From: the human T2T-CHM13v2.0 reference genome, Homo sapiens | Reading direction: 5' to 3' (one strand) | NCBI RefSeq assembly: GCF_009914755.1 | Contig: NC_060940.1 | DNA: 64,000 bases | Shown here: in pieces, positions 1 through 16,845 of the stretch | Layout: every line of letters begins with the position of its first letter | Numbering within the stretch: the first letter of the stretch is position 1 | The notes under the pieces: generated by a model | Told to the model about the DNA's origin: nothing | Databases searched by the model: none | The model's input: the letters and a program-made list of their open reading frames with translations, nothing else | Program-made: the position numbers and the translations under genes

Positions 1-1737
<1,737 letters not shown>

Positions 1738-1739
1738 CT

Positions 1740-2830
<1,091 letters not shown>

Positions 2831-2929
2831 AATCCCATTTGCTATACCAAACTACTGAAAGAGGGTATATGATCTGTTTATGATAATTTTAATCATTAAT
2901 AGTAACAGTAGATACTTAACTAGTCCTTC

Positions 2930-3335
2930 TGGAAAGAAAAATACCACATGTTCTCACTCACATGATAGAGCTAAAAAATTTGATCTCATAGAGATAGAAG
3001 GTAAAATAATAGATACTGGAGTGGGAAGTATGTGAAGGTGGGAGGGGGAAATGAAGAGAGATTGGTGAATAGGTACAAACCGAGAGTTAGATAGAAGAAA
3101 TAAGTTCTAATGTTTGATAGCTACTAGGGTGATCATTGTTAGCAACTGTATATTGCATATTTGAAAGTAGCTGGAAGAAGACTTGAAATGTTACCAATGC
3201 ATATAAATGAAAAATACTCAAAGTAACGAATATCCCAAATACCCTGGCTTGATCACTACACATTCTATATGTGTGAAAGATACTCACTTATACCCAATAA
3301 ATATGTAAAATATTATTTATTAATACAATTTAAAA
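2930..3335 (+). mobile_element. L1MA-type 3' end
   Basis: aaaaataccacatgttctcactca...gttagatagaagaaataagttctaatgtttgatag...ataaatatgtaaaatatt. Confidence 0.85.
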
Positions 3336-3448
3336 CTAGTCCTGCATGTAAGTATTGTAATTATGTTAACTTAATACTTATAAAAATCTGTTAAGTAGGT
3401 TCTATTATTATCCCCATTTCACAGATAAAGGAATGGAAGAAGAGGGAG

Positions 3449-3857
3449 TGTCTTAGTCTATTTTCTGCTGCTATAGCAGAATATCACAGGCTAGAACATT
3501 TATGAAGAACAGAAGTGTATTTTGTTTATGGTTCTAGAGGATGGGAAGTCCAAGGACATGGCACCTGCATCTGGTAAGATACATCTTGTGGCAGAAGGGT
3601 GGAAAGCAGAAAGTGGAAAGCAGAAGCAAGCACTCAACACAGAGAAAAAATAACAGCCAGACTTACCCTTTTGTTAGGCGCCCACTCCCAAAATCATTAA
3701 CCTACTCTGGTGATAATGACATTAATCTGCTCATGAGGGTAAAGCCCTAACGGCCTAAAGGCCCTCACCTTCTAAAGGCCCCACCTCTTAATACTGTTAA
3801 AAATATGATTAAGTTTCCAACAAATGAACTTTTGCAGGATACATTCACACTATAGTA
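3449..3857 (-). mobile_element. MST-family (MaLR) solo LTR inserted in a MIR
   Basis: tgtcttagtc...cactatagta termini; 5-bp TSD gggag at 3444-3448 and 3858-3862; MIR sequence on both sides. Confidence 0.88.
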
Positions 3858-3964
3858 GGGAGGTTAAGTAACTTGCCCTAGGAGACACACAGTTAATGGG
3901 TAGCACACTCTCTCCTTCTCCCTTCCCCCTCCCCCTCTTTCCTTTTTTCCTCTCCTCCCTGCCA

Positions 3965-4130
3965 TTTCTCTGTTGCACCTTAGAATCTCTTGGGGAGATT
4001 TGTAAAAATTTCAATGTCTAGACTGCAGCCTAAGCCAATTAAATCAGAATCTCTAGAGTGGAATACAGGAAACTGGTTGGTTGGTTGTTTTTTTAAAGAA
4101 AAACAATTCCTTGATAAATGTATGTCTGAT
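3965..4130. mobile_element. MER5-type DNA transposon remnant
   Basis: ttagaatctcttggggagattt...ccaattaaatcagaatctct. Confidence 0.7.
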
Positions 4131-6509
4131 TATCATTTTAAGGATGTGAGGGTTAAAGTTCAACGGGGTTAGATAACAACAAATGAGTAGAGGGAAATTA
4201 AGAAGTGGGGAAATCAGAATTTAAACCCCAATGTACTGAGGTCTAGAATTTGAGTACCATTCCTCCTTCCAATGATCAGGAACTTTTGATTTTCTTCCAG
4301 ATACCCAATCCTCCACATTAAAGGTACAGCCCCAACATCTGGGGGTGGAGAGAGGTATAGGTCTGGCATTTATCCAGGATTTTTAGCTTCCTTCATCAGA
4401 AAACACCTGAAGATAGGCAGTCACCTATGGCAAGAAACAAATACCAAAGATGGAACTATGGGGATAAGACATAAATAAGTTTTACCTTAGGGATCCTGTT
4501 CCAGTATGATGTCCATGCTTCAAACTTTTATAACCAGGTCCTTCAATGACTAAACTTCTTTCATAAGTGTCCAAAGTAGGCTTACCTTTCTCCTTCCTGT
4601 CTCCAGGGTAATTAAGTGACTAAATTTTACCGAGGCTACAAAACTCACATTGAAAGAAAATTGGGTAACACTCAAGTGGGAAAAGGAGAACTTTTCTAAC
4701 ATAAAAATATTATAATTGTGCAATATTGGCCATAAAACATGCTGAGAAATAATTGTTTGAAAATTATCATTATCTAAATCTCAGTATGGGAGAGATAAAA
4801 GAGAACAATGTTCACACGAGCTTTCTCAATTAAGGGTGCTACAATCACGACCTCCAAACATAGAAGAAACAAATATATGCAGTTCTTTTAAACATATACT
4901 TAAAGTTACAAAATGGATTTTGAGTGTAATTTAAAGGCAGGGTGCTCCCTACGACTTACTTGGTTATATTAGTGCGAAGCAGGGTGTGGAGGTAAAAAGT
5001 TCCCTTTGCCAGAAGATGTGCTTATTCCTATTAACTTGTGCCCATCCACTGGCCAGTCCCCGATAAGGTCTTCTTTCTTAATATCTAAAATGATATCTAC
5101 ATCATCCCAATATCAACTTCCTGAGCCACCCACTCCTTTGAAATTCAAATGAAACTGGCAAAGCCGTACACCATATGACATGGAAAAGCTCAGTGTTAAT
5201 CTCCCATCTCTGTGGAGCTCCTCAAGATGTCCAGAAAGAGTTGTCACAATCGCTGGATCGTTTCTTACTCAGAGTCCCAATATTCAGGAGAGACCATTTA
5301 GTTTGTGGATAAACTCACTGTCTGCCCATTTTTTCACTAATCTCCATCACTTAACCCAGAATCCTCATCCTTTAACCCAGGCTACCTGCGTGGCAGCCTT
5401 TACCATGAAGGGGGTTTCAGCACAGACGTAAACTTAGCAGCAAAGTACCTCACAGTTTTGAAATTCAGTCAGTCTCTTTACCTGCCACAGAATTTCCCAT
5501 GCACTACCTCACTTGGCTCTGTTTTCACTCCTCTTCCTCCTCCTACCCCTTTGTTTGCTCCACGCAAGCCATAACTCCAAAATTATTATGACTCTCTCCT
5601 GAGGATGTTTTTACAATCTCCTTGTTCACTGTCTCCTTCCAAACTATTCCTTGTCATCTCACAACTTTCCAAGCCCAACTGGTCTGTATATTAAGCTATT
5701 GTGCTACAACAGTAGTTCTCTTCCTCAACGAAGTTCTGCTGCCAGATTTTACATGATTCATTTTTACCATGCTTCAACCAAATGATATAAGTAAGCTCCC
5801 TTCTACTTCTAAATTCACCTAGTAGATGGTACCTAGTCTCTGACAAGCACTGATATACTGGGATACATAGTGGATAAACATGAATGACAAAGTCCCTAAT
5901 TTCATTAAGCTCCCAAGACAGAACTTAAGAGATGCTTGTTTGTTTGGAAAAAATACAGTAAAATCTTTTGCATTAATGAGTGAATGAGGGGCATTATTTC
6001 CCCATCTGTGACCTGGAACTCAGAATTGCATACATAATAATGGTTCTGTCTCTTCTTCTTAGGATACCCACCTAGGCCCTCTCATTCCTTAAAGAGAGGT
6101 TACAAGCTACAGAAGCAATGCTCCTAACCAACATTTACTAAATCTGCTTTATCAAAATAACCAAAACCCTCCATTTCTTCAACAAAACATACTAAATGCT
6201 CTCTACAGAAAGCTGAAAGCTCATGGCTAACAGGAAACTCTAATTTTTCTGCTACATTAACCAGCCAACTACTACTTCTAATTATATCAGATAAGAAGGC
6301 TTCTACTGTATTTTTCCAAATAAAAACAGTTCCTTCCCAAGTGGAAATCTAATGCAAGCTGTTGAAAAGAAAGTAATTCTGTTTTCTTCTTATCACATGC
6401 AGATGAATGGATGCCTCAGAACGACTTTGCCAGGACTACACAAAATTCACTTAGTCCTGTTGCAGACTATGACTATGATCTTCTTTTGCAGAAAGGAAAC
6501 GTAGGTAGT

Positions 6510-7107
6510 TGTCAGTTGTATCAGCTACCTATTACTAAGAAACAAACTCCCCTAATATTCAACGGTTTAAAACAATACACTTTTATTATTGCTTATAAGT
6601 CTATGGGTAAGCAGGGAAGTTCTATTGATCTGGGCAAAGTTTGGGTGATCTCATCTTATGTCTACAGTCAGCTGGCAAGGTCATCTGGTAATGGCTGGTC
6701 AAGGATAGCCTTACATGTCTCGTGGTTGGTTGGCTGTTGCCTAAAGTAAAGGGAGTCACTGAACCCTGTGTCATCTCTACATTCAACAGGCTAGCTCATG
6801 GCAGCTGGGCAGACTCCAAAAGAAAGTAACAGGTACAACATCTGCTGAGGGGGAGGTTTAAAGCTGACACACTGTCACTTCCAACATGTTCTAATAGCCC
6901 CTGTAATTTATAAGATCTTATGGTTTGAATTTTGTCCCACCTTAGATTCATAAGTTGAAGCCCTACACCCCCAATGTCACTGTATGTGGAGATAGGGGCT
7001 TTAAAGAGGTAATTAAGGTTTTAAAAGGCCATAAGGGTGGAGCCCTAAGCTAATATAACCTCTGTCCTTATAAAAAGAAGAAGAGATACCAGAAGTACAC
7101 ACACACG

Positions 7108-7149
<42 letters not shown>

Positions 7150-7691
7150 CCCTGTGAGGACACATGGCCTTTGTTGTTTTATCAGTCTTTATTGATGAAA
7201 CAATTGAATTCTTTATAGGAAAAAAAGAAACCATAATACTTTTTCCCCCAACAAAAATTAATTCAAGTTGAATTATATACTTAGACATAAAACCCAGAAC
7301 CATAACATTTCTAGGAATAAAAGAATATTTTTAAGACCTTGGATATGCAAAAAATTTTTTGAACAGGACACAAAAAGAGATGAGGTGTCATCTGTAAATC
7401 AAGGAGAGAGACCTCAGGAGAAACCAAACCTGACAACATTTTGATCTTGGACTTCTAGCCTCCAGAACTGTGAGAAAACAAATTTCTGTTGTTTAAGCCA
7501 CCACCTAGTCTGTGGTATTTTTTTATGGCAGCCCAAGCCAACTCAAACACAAGGTAAACCCAGACTCAAGGAGTAGACAGATAGATTCCAACTATTTATG
7601 AAAAGAGCTACAAAGTCACATTATGAAGGTTGTAGATATAGGGAGGGATGGAGAATCAAAGCTATTGTTGTAATCAATCTACCCTACTACA
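6510..7691 (-). mobile_element. Old MLT1 (H/I-like) LTR split by a nested MLT1A
   Basis: ggtttaaaacaatacacttttattattgctta...; resumes at ~7550 (cccagactcaaggag...caatctaccctactaca). Confidence 0.7.
6916..7549 (+). mobile_element. MLT1A-type LTR containing a (CA)n(GA)n repeat and a ~210-bp foreign insert
   Basis: tatggtttgaattttgtccc...ttgatcttggacttctagcctccagaactgtgagaaaacaaatttctgttgtttaagcc. Confidence 0.88.
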
Positions 7692-8279
7692 TCAGTTGAG
7701 GCAGAATTATCAACACTTTTTTTATTGTATTTCAATTTTACCTATAAATTTCAGTATTTAGAAGAAAGTCAGTGGGTTCCCTTACACAGTGGACATAGAA
7801 TGCACCCAAAGGATCAAAACAAGTCACTTAAGCTATAGCAAAGGGCTGAGACTAGATATGATGAGGTGTCCCTCTAATGCATACTAGTCCTATATAGTAG
7901 ATATAGCTGCATCCATAGAAGACTCAGAGGCAAGAAGCAGGACTGAAGTCTCTAGGCTCTGAAATCAGTGAGCAGGAATAGAGAGCAAAGAGAAATCTTC
8001 AGAACCCAACACGTTGGTAGGTTGGTGGTAGAGCCAGGAAAGACTTCCTCCAGTTCTGAAAGCTAGAAACATGTTCCTGAAGCACAGAGAGATTGGTATA
8101 CTCTCACCAGCACTCAGACCTGGGTCCTGCTGAAAGGAAGTCCTGATCCCACACTCATTTGAAGCCAGAGACAAATTGAATTAAACAAAAGCCACAGCAA
8201 AACCCAAACTGAGCTCAACTGCAGATTAGATTGCATCAGTCCCTGCTGCAGTAGCCTAGCATAAGAATAGCCAAGGTGA

Positions 8280-10197
8280 TCATGAGTAAAAATAATTGAG
8301 CTGGAGAAATTTTCCTACCTGATTTAAAAATATACTACAAAGCAATAGTAATCAAAACAGCATGGCTAGTATAAAAACAGACACATAAGCCAATGGAACA
8401 GAATAAAAAACCCAGAAATAAGTCCATGCATTTATGGTCAATTGATTTTTGAAAAAGAATCCAAGAATATACAATGGGGAAAGAATAGTCTCTTCAATAA
8501 ATAGTTCAGAGAAAACTGGATACCCACACGCAAAAGAATGAAATTAGGCCTTGATCTCACATCAGATACAAAAATCAGCCAGAAATAGATTAAAGACTTA
8601 AACATAAGGCCTGAAACTGAAAAACCAGTAGAAGAAAACATAAGGGGAAAACTCCATTGCATTGCTATGGGCAATGATTTTTTTTAATCGGACCCCAAAG
8701 ACATAGGCAACAAAAGCAGAAATAGACAAAAGGGATTTCATCACACTGAAAAGCTTCTGCACAGCAAAGGAAACAATCAACAGAATGAAGAGGCAACCGA
8801 GAGAATAGAACAAAATACCTGCCAATCATACACCTTATGAGGGAGTTAATATCTAAAATACACAGGAAACTCAATTAAGTAGCAAGAAAACATCCTGACT
8901 AAAATGGGCAAAGGATCTGAACAGACATATCTCAAAAGGCAACATACAAACAGGTATATAAAAGATATTGGATTTCTACATCTTTTTTTAATTGACAAAA
9001 ATTGTATATATTTATGGAGTACAACATGATGTTTTGATATATTCATTGTTTGATCTAGACATTTGATAGTCATTGTGGAACGACTGAATCAAGCTACTGA
9101 ACATATCAATTCCCTACATATTTAGCATATCTTGGTGGTGAGAACATTTAAAATCTACTCTCTTAGCAATTTTTACATATACAATATTATTAATTATAGT
9201 CACCATAATGTACAGTAGATCTCTTGAACTTACTCCTCTTGTCTAACTGAAATTTTGTATCTTTTGACCAATATCTCCCCAGTACTCCAACCCCCCAGCT
9301 TTATTTTTTATATACTTTTCATATACCAACAGGTATATTTTTAAGATGCTCGACAGCACTAGTTACCAGGAAAATGCAGATTAAAACCACAATGCGATAG
9401 CACTTCACACCTATTACAATGACTTATCAACAAGATGAAAGATAACAAGTGTTGACCAGGAATGTAGATACAAGGGAACCCTCAGATGCTGTTGGTGAAA
9501 ATGTAACTTAGTACAGCTATTATGGAAAACAGTATGGAGTTTCCTCAAAAAATTAGTAATAGAACAATCATTTGATCCAGCGATCTCTCTACTGGGTATG
9601 TATCTAAAGGATATGAAATCAGTGTGTCGAAGGAATACCTGAACTATGTTCACTGCAGCAACAATAGCTGGAATTAACCTACATGTTCATCAATGGATGA
9701 GTGGATAAAGAAAATATAGTATATACACACAACAGAGTATTATTCAGCCTTAAAGAAGCCCTCTTATTTGTGACAACATGGATGCACCTGGAGGACATTA
9801 GGTTAAGTGAAGTAAGCCAGGCACAAAAAAAAAAACAAAATATTGCATGAATGAGTTCATACGTTAAATCTAAAAAAGTAATGCTGGAGAATGGGGGGAC
9901 TGGGGAGATGTTGGTCAAAGGATACAAAACTTCAGTTAGACAGGAGAAGTTCAAGAGATCTATTATACATTATGTTACTGTAACTAATAACATATTTATG
10001 TGAAAATTGCTAAGAGAGCAGATTTTAAATGGTCTTATCACCAAAAAATGCTAAGTATGTAAGTAAAGCATATGTTAATTAGCCTGATTTAGTCATTTCA
10101 CAATGACTATCAAATGCCTAGATCAAACAATAACTATATAAAAACATCATGTTGTACTCCATAAATATATACAATTTTGTCAATTAAAAAATAAAAA
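8280..10197 (+). mobile_element. L1MA-type element (ORF2 3' part and 3'UTR) interrupted by an inverted copy of its 3' end
   Basis: ORF2-like aaaaacagacacataagccaatggaacagaata; 3' end aaacatcatgttgtactccataaatatatacaattttgtcaattaaaaaa. Confidence 0.9.
8983..9299 (-). mobile_element. L1MA 3' end, minus strand (left arm of an inverted repeat)
   Basis: Reverse complement aligns along its length to 9883-10197. Confidence 0.9.
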
Positions 10198-10199
10198 CA

Positions 10200-13100
10200 T
10201 GCAAAAATCCCATACCTTTTTATGACTAAAAAACTCAGCAAACTAGAAATTTCTCAAGCTGATAAAGTGTATCTATGAAAAACCTACAGCTACACCAAAT
10301 ACTTCATCATAATTAATATCAAAATTATAAACAATTTTTCCCCCAAGATCAAAAACAAGGCAATGATGTATGCCCTCACCACTTGTATTCAGTATTATCC
10401 TGGAAATCATAACTGTAGCAATACAATTTTTTATAAAAATTGTTATAAAATTGTTATAAAAATTGCAAAAGAAATAAACTTCTACTAATTTGCAAATTAC
10501 ATTGTTGTGTAAGCAGAAGTACAATGTCCAAAGCAATCTACCAAACTTCTACAACTAGTTAGTAAGTTTTTAAAAGTCACAGGACACAAGGTTGATAAGC
10601 AAAATTAATTGTATAACTATATATAAGCAACAAACAATTGAAAATTAAAATGTAAAACACAGTAACTCTCCCCTTCCTTTTCTTTCCTGAACAATTCTGT
10701 CCAAAAGCCATCAGGTGGGGCTGAACACATTAGGCAACCCTGCAGAGAAGTAGGGTAAAGTTGCTGTGGGCCTCTACATGGTGTTGAGGACTGAGTATGT
10801 GTAGAGGACGTCCACAAGAGAAGATGGCCTATCACAGGGCATCAGAGTTGAGCAGACTGAAGGGCTGCCTACATGAGAGGGTGACCAGGTGCTAGGCACC
10901 AAAGCCCGTGCAGGTTGAACAGGGCATCTGCTTGGGAGGGAAGCCCAGCAGGAGGTGTCAGAGCCTGAATAGCCACCAGGGGGCAGGAGTGACAGCCATG
11001 ACTAGAGATTGGTACCTATGATGGGGTTGATCCAATAAACACATTGAGGGAAATGGGAGCTAGGTTTCTGCCAATAAAGAGATATACAAACAAGGAAAGG
11101 CAGATAATTAGAATAAACTCTGTAGGGCTGGAATGAAAGATATTGGTGTAAACCCTTGGCTTTCAACAAGTATAGATAGATATTCACATAAGGTATATAG
11201 ATATGGGCATAAATATAGAAATAGGAATATACACAGAAGTTACTGAGCACACCTAAGGCTCAGATCTTGGTTTCTAAATACCATTCTAAAATAAAAGTAG
11301 ACACAAAATAAAATAAAAGGGCTTGTTGGATAAATGGCTAATTCCAGGGCTAAAGAAAAAAGAAGTACAAAATGAATCTGGAACACTTTGTGCCAGAAAG
11401 TAAGAAAGCTCTTTTAAAAATAATAAAACAAATAGGGGTATAATTAAAAAGACATGGAAATCTTGAAGGTGCCCCTATCCACAAAATCTGCAACAATTTG
11501 AGCATCAAAATAAAAAATAATATTAATGGATTAAAGCTAAGTAAAATATGAAGGCATGAGCCTATACTGATAGTAATTAAATTCAAAGTTTGATGAAGAA
11601 CAAAACAGTTTCAAAATATCACTACACGAAATATTTATTACAAGGGGATACATAGTAAATTTACAGTGGAAAGCCTAATAGACATCCCCTTCATCAATTG
11701 ATCAAAGTGAATATCATCAGTAAAGGAACAAATCAAAATTATATGTCACTTGATAGGACTCCATAAGAACACTATCTCGCTCTGTGATGTTTCTGCCAAA
11801 GAGGAATAGCCTGAATCTAACCAAAAGGAAAGATCAGAGCAATCCAAATTCTACAAAACATTCTTATAATTTGTCTAGGTCACCAAAGTCAAAGAAATAC
11901 TGAGGAACTGTTTCAGACTAGTTCAACTAAACATAACACGATTCTGGACCAGATCAATTTCTTACAAAGACCACTCTGGGGACAACTAACTACACTTGAA
12001 TGGAGTCTGAAGACTAGGTATTAAGAGGGGATACATGTCTATTTCCTGATTTTTATGTTCGTATGGTGGCTATTTAGGGGAATATTCTTGTTCTTAGAAA
12101 ATACACATTCAAGTATTAGGAGATAATAAAGTATCATGTTGGAAACTTTCAAATGCTTTGAAAAAGTTTCTTTATTCTGTACTCTAAACTTATTGGAAAT
12201 TTTGAGACTGTTTCAAAATAAGAAACAATATAACTTTCAATAACATCAAAATATCAAATACCTGGAAATAAATGTAATGAAACCTACTCAAACCCAGAAA
12301 ACATTGCTGAGAAAAGTTAAAGACCTGAATAAATGAAATGTTTTACAATGTTCGTACATTGGAAGGTTCAGTGCTATTGAGATATTCATTGTTCCTAAAT
12401 TAGCACATAACTTCAGTATGATTCCTATCAAAATTCCAGCAGGCTACTTACCAGACTTACATAAGATAACTCTAAAAATGTTTATGGCAAATCTACATGT
12501 CTAGAATAATGAAAACAATCTTGAAAAAGGTGAACAAAACTGGAGAACTAACATTATCTGATCTCAAGCCTTATTCTAAAATTACAGTAATCAAGACAGT
12601 TTAATAGTGGATCATAGGATAGAACACTAGATCAATGGAGCAGGAGAGAGTGTCCAGAAATAGACCCACATTCATATGGTCAGTGGATTTCACATAACGG
12701 TACAAAGTCAATTCTACGTGGCAAAGAATGCCTTTTAAACAAATGTTGATGAAACAATTGAATGCTTTATAAGACAAAAAATGAACCATGACAATTTTCC
12801 CCCACAAACACAAGATGAACTATGTACTTAGATATAAAACTCAGAACCATAACACTTTTAGGAAAAAAGAATATTTTCAAGACTTTGAGTGTGCAAGAAA
12901 TTTTTGAACATGACCCCAAAAACATGATAAAAAAAAAGAAAAAGATTTAAAAATGTTGGACTTTATCAAAGTTAAAATTTTCTGCTTATCAAAAGATACC
13001 ATAAAGAAAATGAATAGACAAGTTATGGTTTGGAAATATACTTATACCACCTATATATGACTATGGGCTTATATCCAGTATACACAAAAACTACAAATCA

Positions 13101-13945
13101 ACAATCTAATTGAGCAACCTAATTTTTCAAAATTAACAAAATACTTGAACAGATGCTTCACAAAAGAAGATACATCAATAGTCAACAAGTATTTGAAAAG
13201 GACTCAATGTTGTTAGTCATCAAAGGGAATGCAAATTAAAAACCATAATCAAATAGCACTTGACACCCAGTAGAAACACTAAAATGAAAAAGACTGACAT
13301 CAAATGTGGGCAAGGACAAGGAGCAACTGGAACTCACATACATTGCTGGTGTGAGAGTACAATGTTACTACACTTTCAGGACTATGTGGCCCTTTCTTCA
13401 AGTTTGACATACATGTCAAACTTATGACCCGTCTCTTCTTCTCCTAAGTACTTACCCAAAAGAAACGAAAACACGTTTACTCCAAATCATGCACAAGAAT
13501 GTTCACAGTAGCCATGTTCATAACTGCAGAAAAGTGGAAACCATGTAAATGCGCATAACAGGAGAATGCCGGATGCCTACATAGGAATACTACACACCAA
13601 GAGAAAGAATAAATGACAAATACACACAATACGCACATGCATGAATCTCAAAAACAGTATAAGCAACAGAATCCTGAAACAAAATGACATCCAACACATA
13701 AGAATGACCCTATTTATGAAATCTATATATAAACCAAACTAACCTAGGTTGACAGAAATCAGGTAGTGGGATATAGGGAAGGAATGAACTGGAAAGGAGT
13801 CAAAGCGTTTCTAGGATGATGGAGATCTATGTTCTTTTGAGTGGTGTTACACTGGTATATACTATTACCAATATTCATTGAACTGAACACTTTAGATCTG
13901 TGCATTTTATTATATGTTAATTATGGCACAAAAAAACAAAAAAAA
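10200..13945 (+). mobile_element. Old L1M(E) ORF2 and 3' end, interrupted at ~10670-12225
   Basis: Degenerate RT-region sequence at 10200-10660; resumes at 12225 (aaatacctggaaataaat...ttacagtaatcaagacagt...gggaatgcaaattaaaaaccata) and ends in an A-rich tail. Confidence 0.8.
10670..12225 (+). mobile_element. L1MC/L1MD-type 3'UTR segment nested in the older L1
   Basis: aaatctgcaacaatttgagcatcaaaataaa and tttgagactgtttcaaaataa resemble the L1MC4-like 3'UTR; the left boundary is uncertain. Confidence 0.65.
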
Positions 13946-13987
13946 GTCTAAAAGGTCTAGTATGGGACTTATTGCAGATGAATGCCA

Positions 13988-15002
<1,015 letters not shown>

Positions 15003-16845
15003 AGATTCATGAAATTTTCAATGTTTAGATTTTTTTCACTCTATAAGAGCACAGTGTTTGAAAAATTAGAAATTTAACACATAATATGTAAATATGGACA
15101 TTTGCAACTCGAAGCACCGAAACAGTTGCTATGCAACAAAACGGAGCAGCGAGCGAGCCATCACAGTATGTCATTTGTCACACTCAGGTGATGGCATATT
15201 GTAACCCAACTGTTAGAACCATGCTGTTTATAATTCGGTAACTATACAGCCACAACTACATCATTGAAGTTAGTAGCACCAGCTTCAAAATCAAGCAAAC
15301 CTGGATTCAAATTCTGCCTCAGAAAATTTCCTACTACATAGCTCCTGACTCTTCTTCCAATAATTCTGTGAGGCATGAGTCTGGAGGTGAAGAGGTGAAA
15401 ACTTCTTCCAGTTCCAGTCTAAATGGCCTTACTCGGAATCTCCTCATTTTAAATCTATCCCTAAGCACCACAAGGTTTAGCATCAGTTCCAGTGGCACAG
15501 GCAACACAGAAATTATAAATAAATACATTCTTCAACTAAGCCCCTCACACCCGCAGCCACCTTCTCCAGCTTGTTGAGAAATAGCAAACAAGAACTAGAT
15601 ACACCACACCGAGTGGCGTGGATATTGGATAGCGTAGCCAGGATCTAAAGTGCTTTTCTTGAACAAGACTGTCAAGGGGCAAACAGGCATTTACTTATTT
15701 TTGGGTTGTGCGTGATTGACGATGCCACTCTGAGGCCCAGGATTCTCATTTAACGCCCCTCAGGCATCCAATTGTTTGACAGGCTTAAAACACATGAATT
15801 CTATTTCCAAAGACAGAGACAGACATCAGGGCCCTCCTACCAGAGCATGTGGAAGAAAGAGCAAACAGCAAAAGAAACTCGCTAGGGAGGGTGAGGCCAT
15901 GGACAGCTGCCGCTGCATTTGTTTTAGAGTGTAAGCAAGAAAAATGCTCCTTTGACATTTGAAAACTTTCTATATCCTCCCCTGTAACTGCCAAGCTATC
16001 CCAGACTTCCCCACCACAGCTCCAAATGCCCATATTTTTCTTCACTCCTGGATATAAATGTGACTCTCTTCTCTTTATTATAAGGCAATGAAAGGCCTCC
16101 AGACATAGTTACTGGCACTACTGGGACCCCCAGATGGTTTGCTGGGCCAGGAAGAATGCCGTGTAGCAGTGGGGAGGTAACAGGTTCCTTCACAAGAAGC
16201 CACCTGCTCATAATTCATTCACACGCTTTTCCTCTGGGCAAAGCAACAACAATTTAAAATAGTCTAACGTGGGCCTTCCTGGAATTACAAAAATAGGAGT
16301 GCATCCAGATTTGAGGATTGGTTGCCCCCTCTTCTCTGGTGACACCCCAGCTGGAAGACTGCCAGGAACAGGTTACGGAGTCTCTTTAACAGAAATGGAG
16401 ATTAGCAGGTGTTAAAGACAGATTAGCAACTAAATGAGTTTCTCCCTGTCATAATCAGTATTCAAAGAGGAAGGGTTTCTAGTTGGGCAGCTGCTAGGAG
16501 TCTTTTCTGACAAGAAGAAATTTGCCTGGATTTGCCAGGCTTTAGCAAACTCAAGATATCAAAGTGTAAAGGTAAGCCATAAATGAAGTTTGTAGCAGGC
16601 AGGCACTTGGCTAGAATGTGTAACTGAGATAAAATGGGGTCACAGCACGTTTTGTTTTCAGGGCACTTTCTGGGGATGGGAAGGGAGAAGTTCCATGTTT
16701 GTGCTTTTTTTCCTGTGGACTCAGATGCTGACTCTAATTCCAAGACTCCACTGGTTCCACGGTGCTTTCTTTTTGCACCCTTAGATTTGGCCATCAGTCT
16801 GGAGGGCAGAGGGAAGAGCTTGAACAGGCTTGGATGAAATAATAC

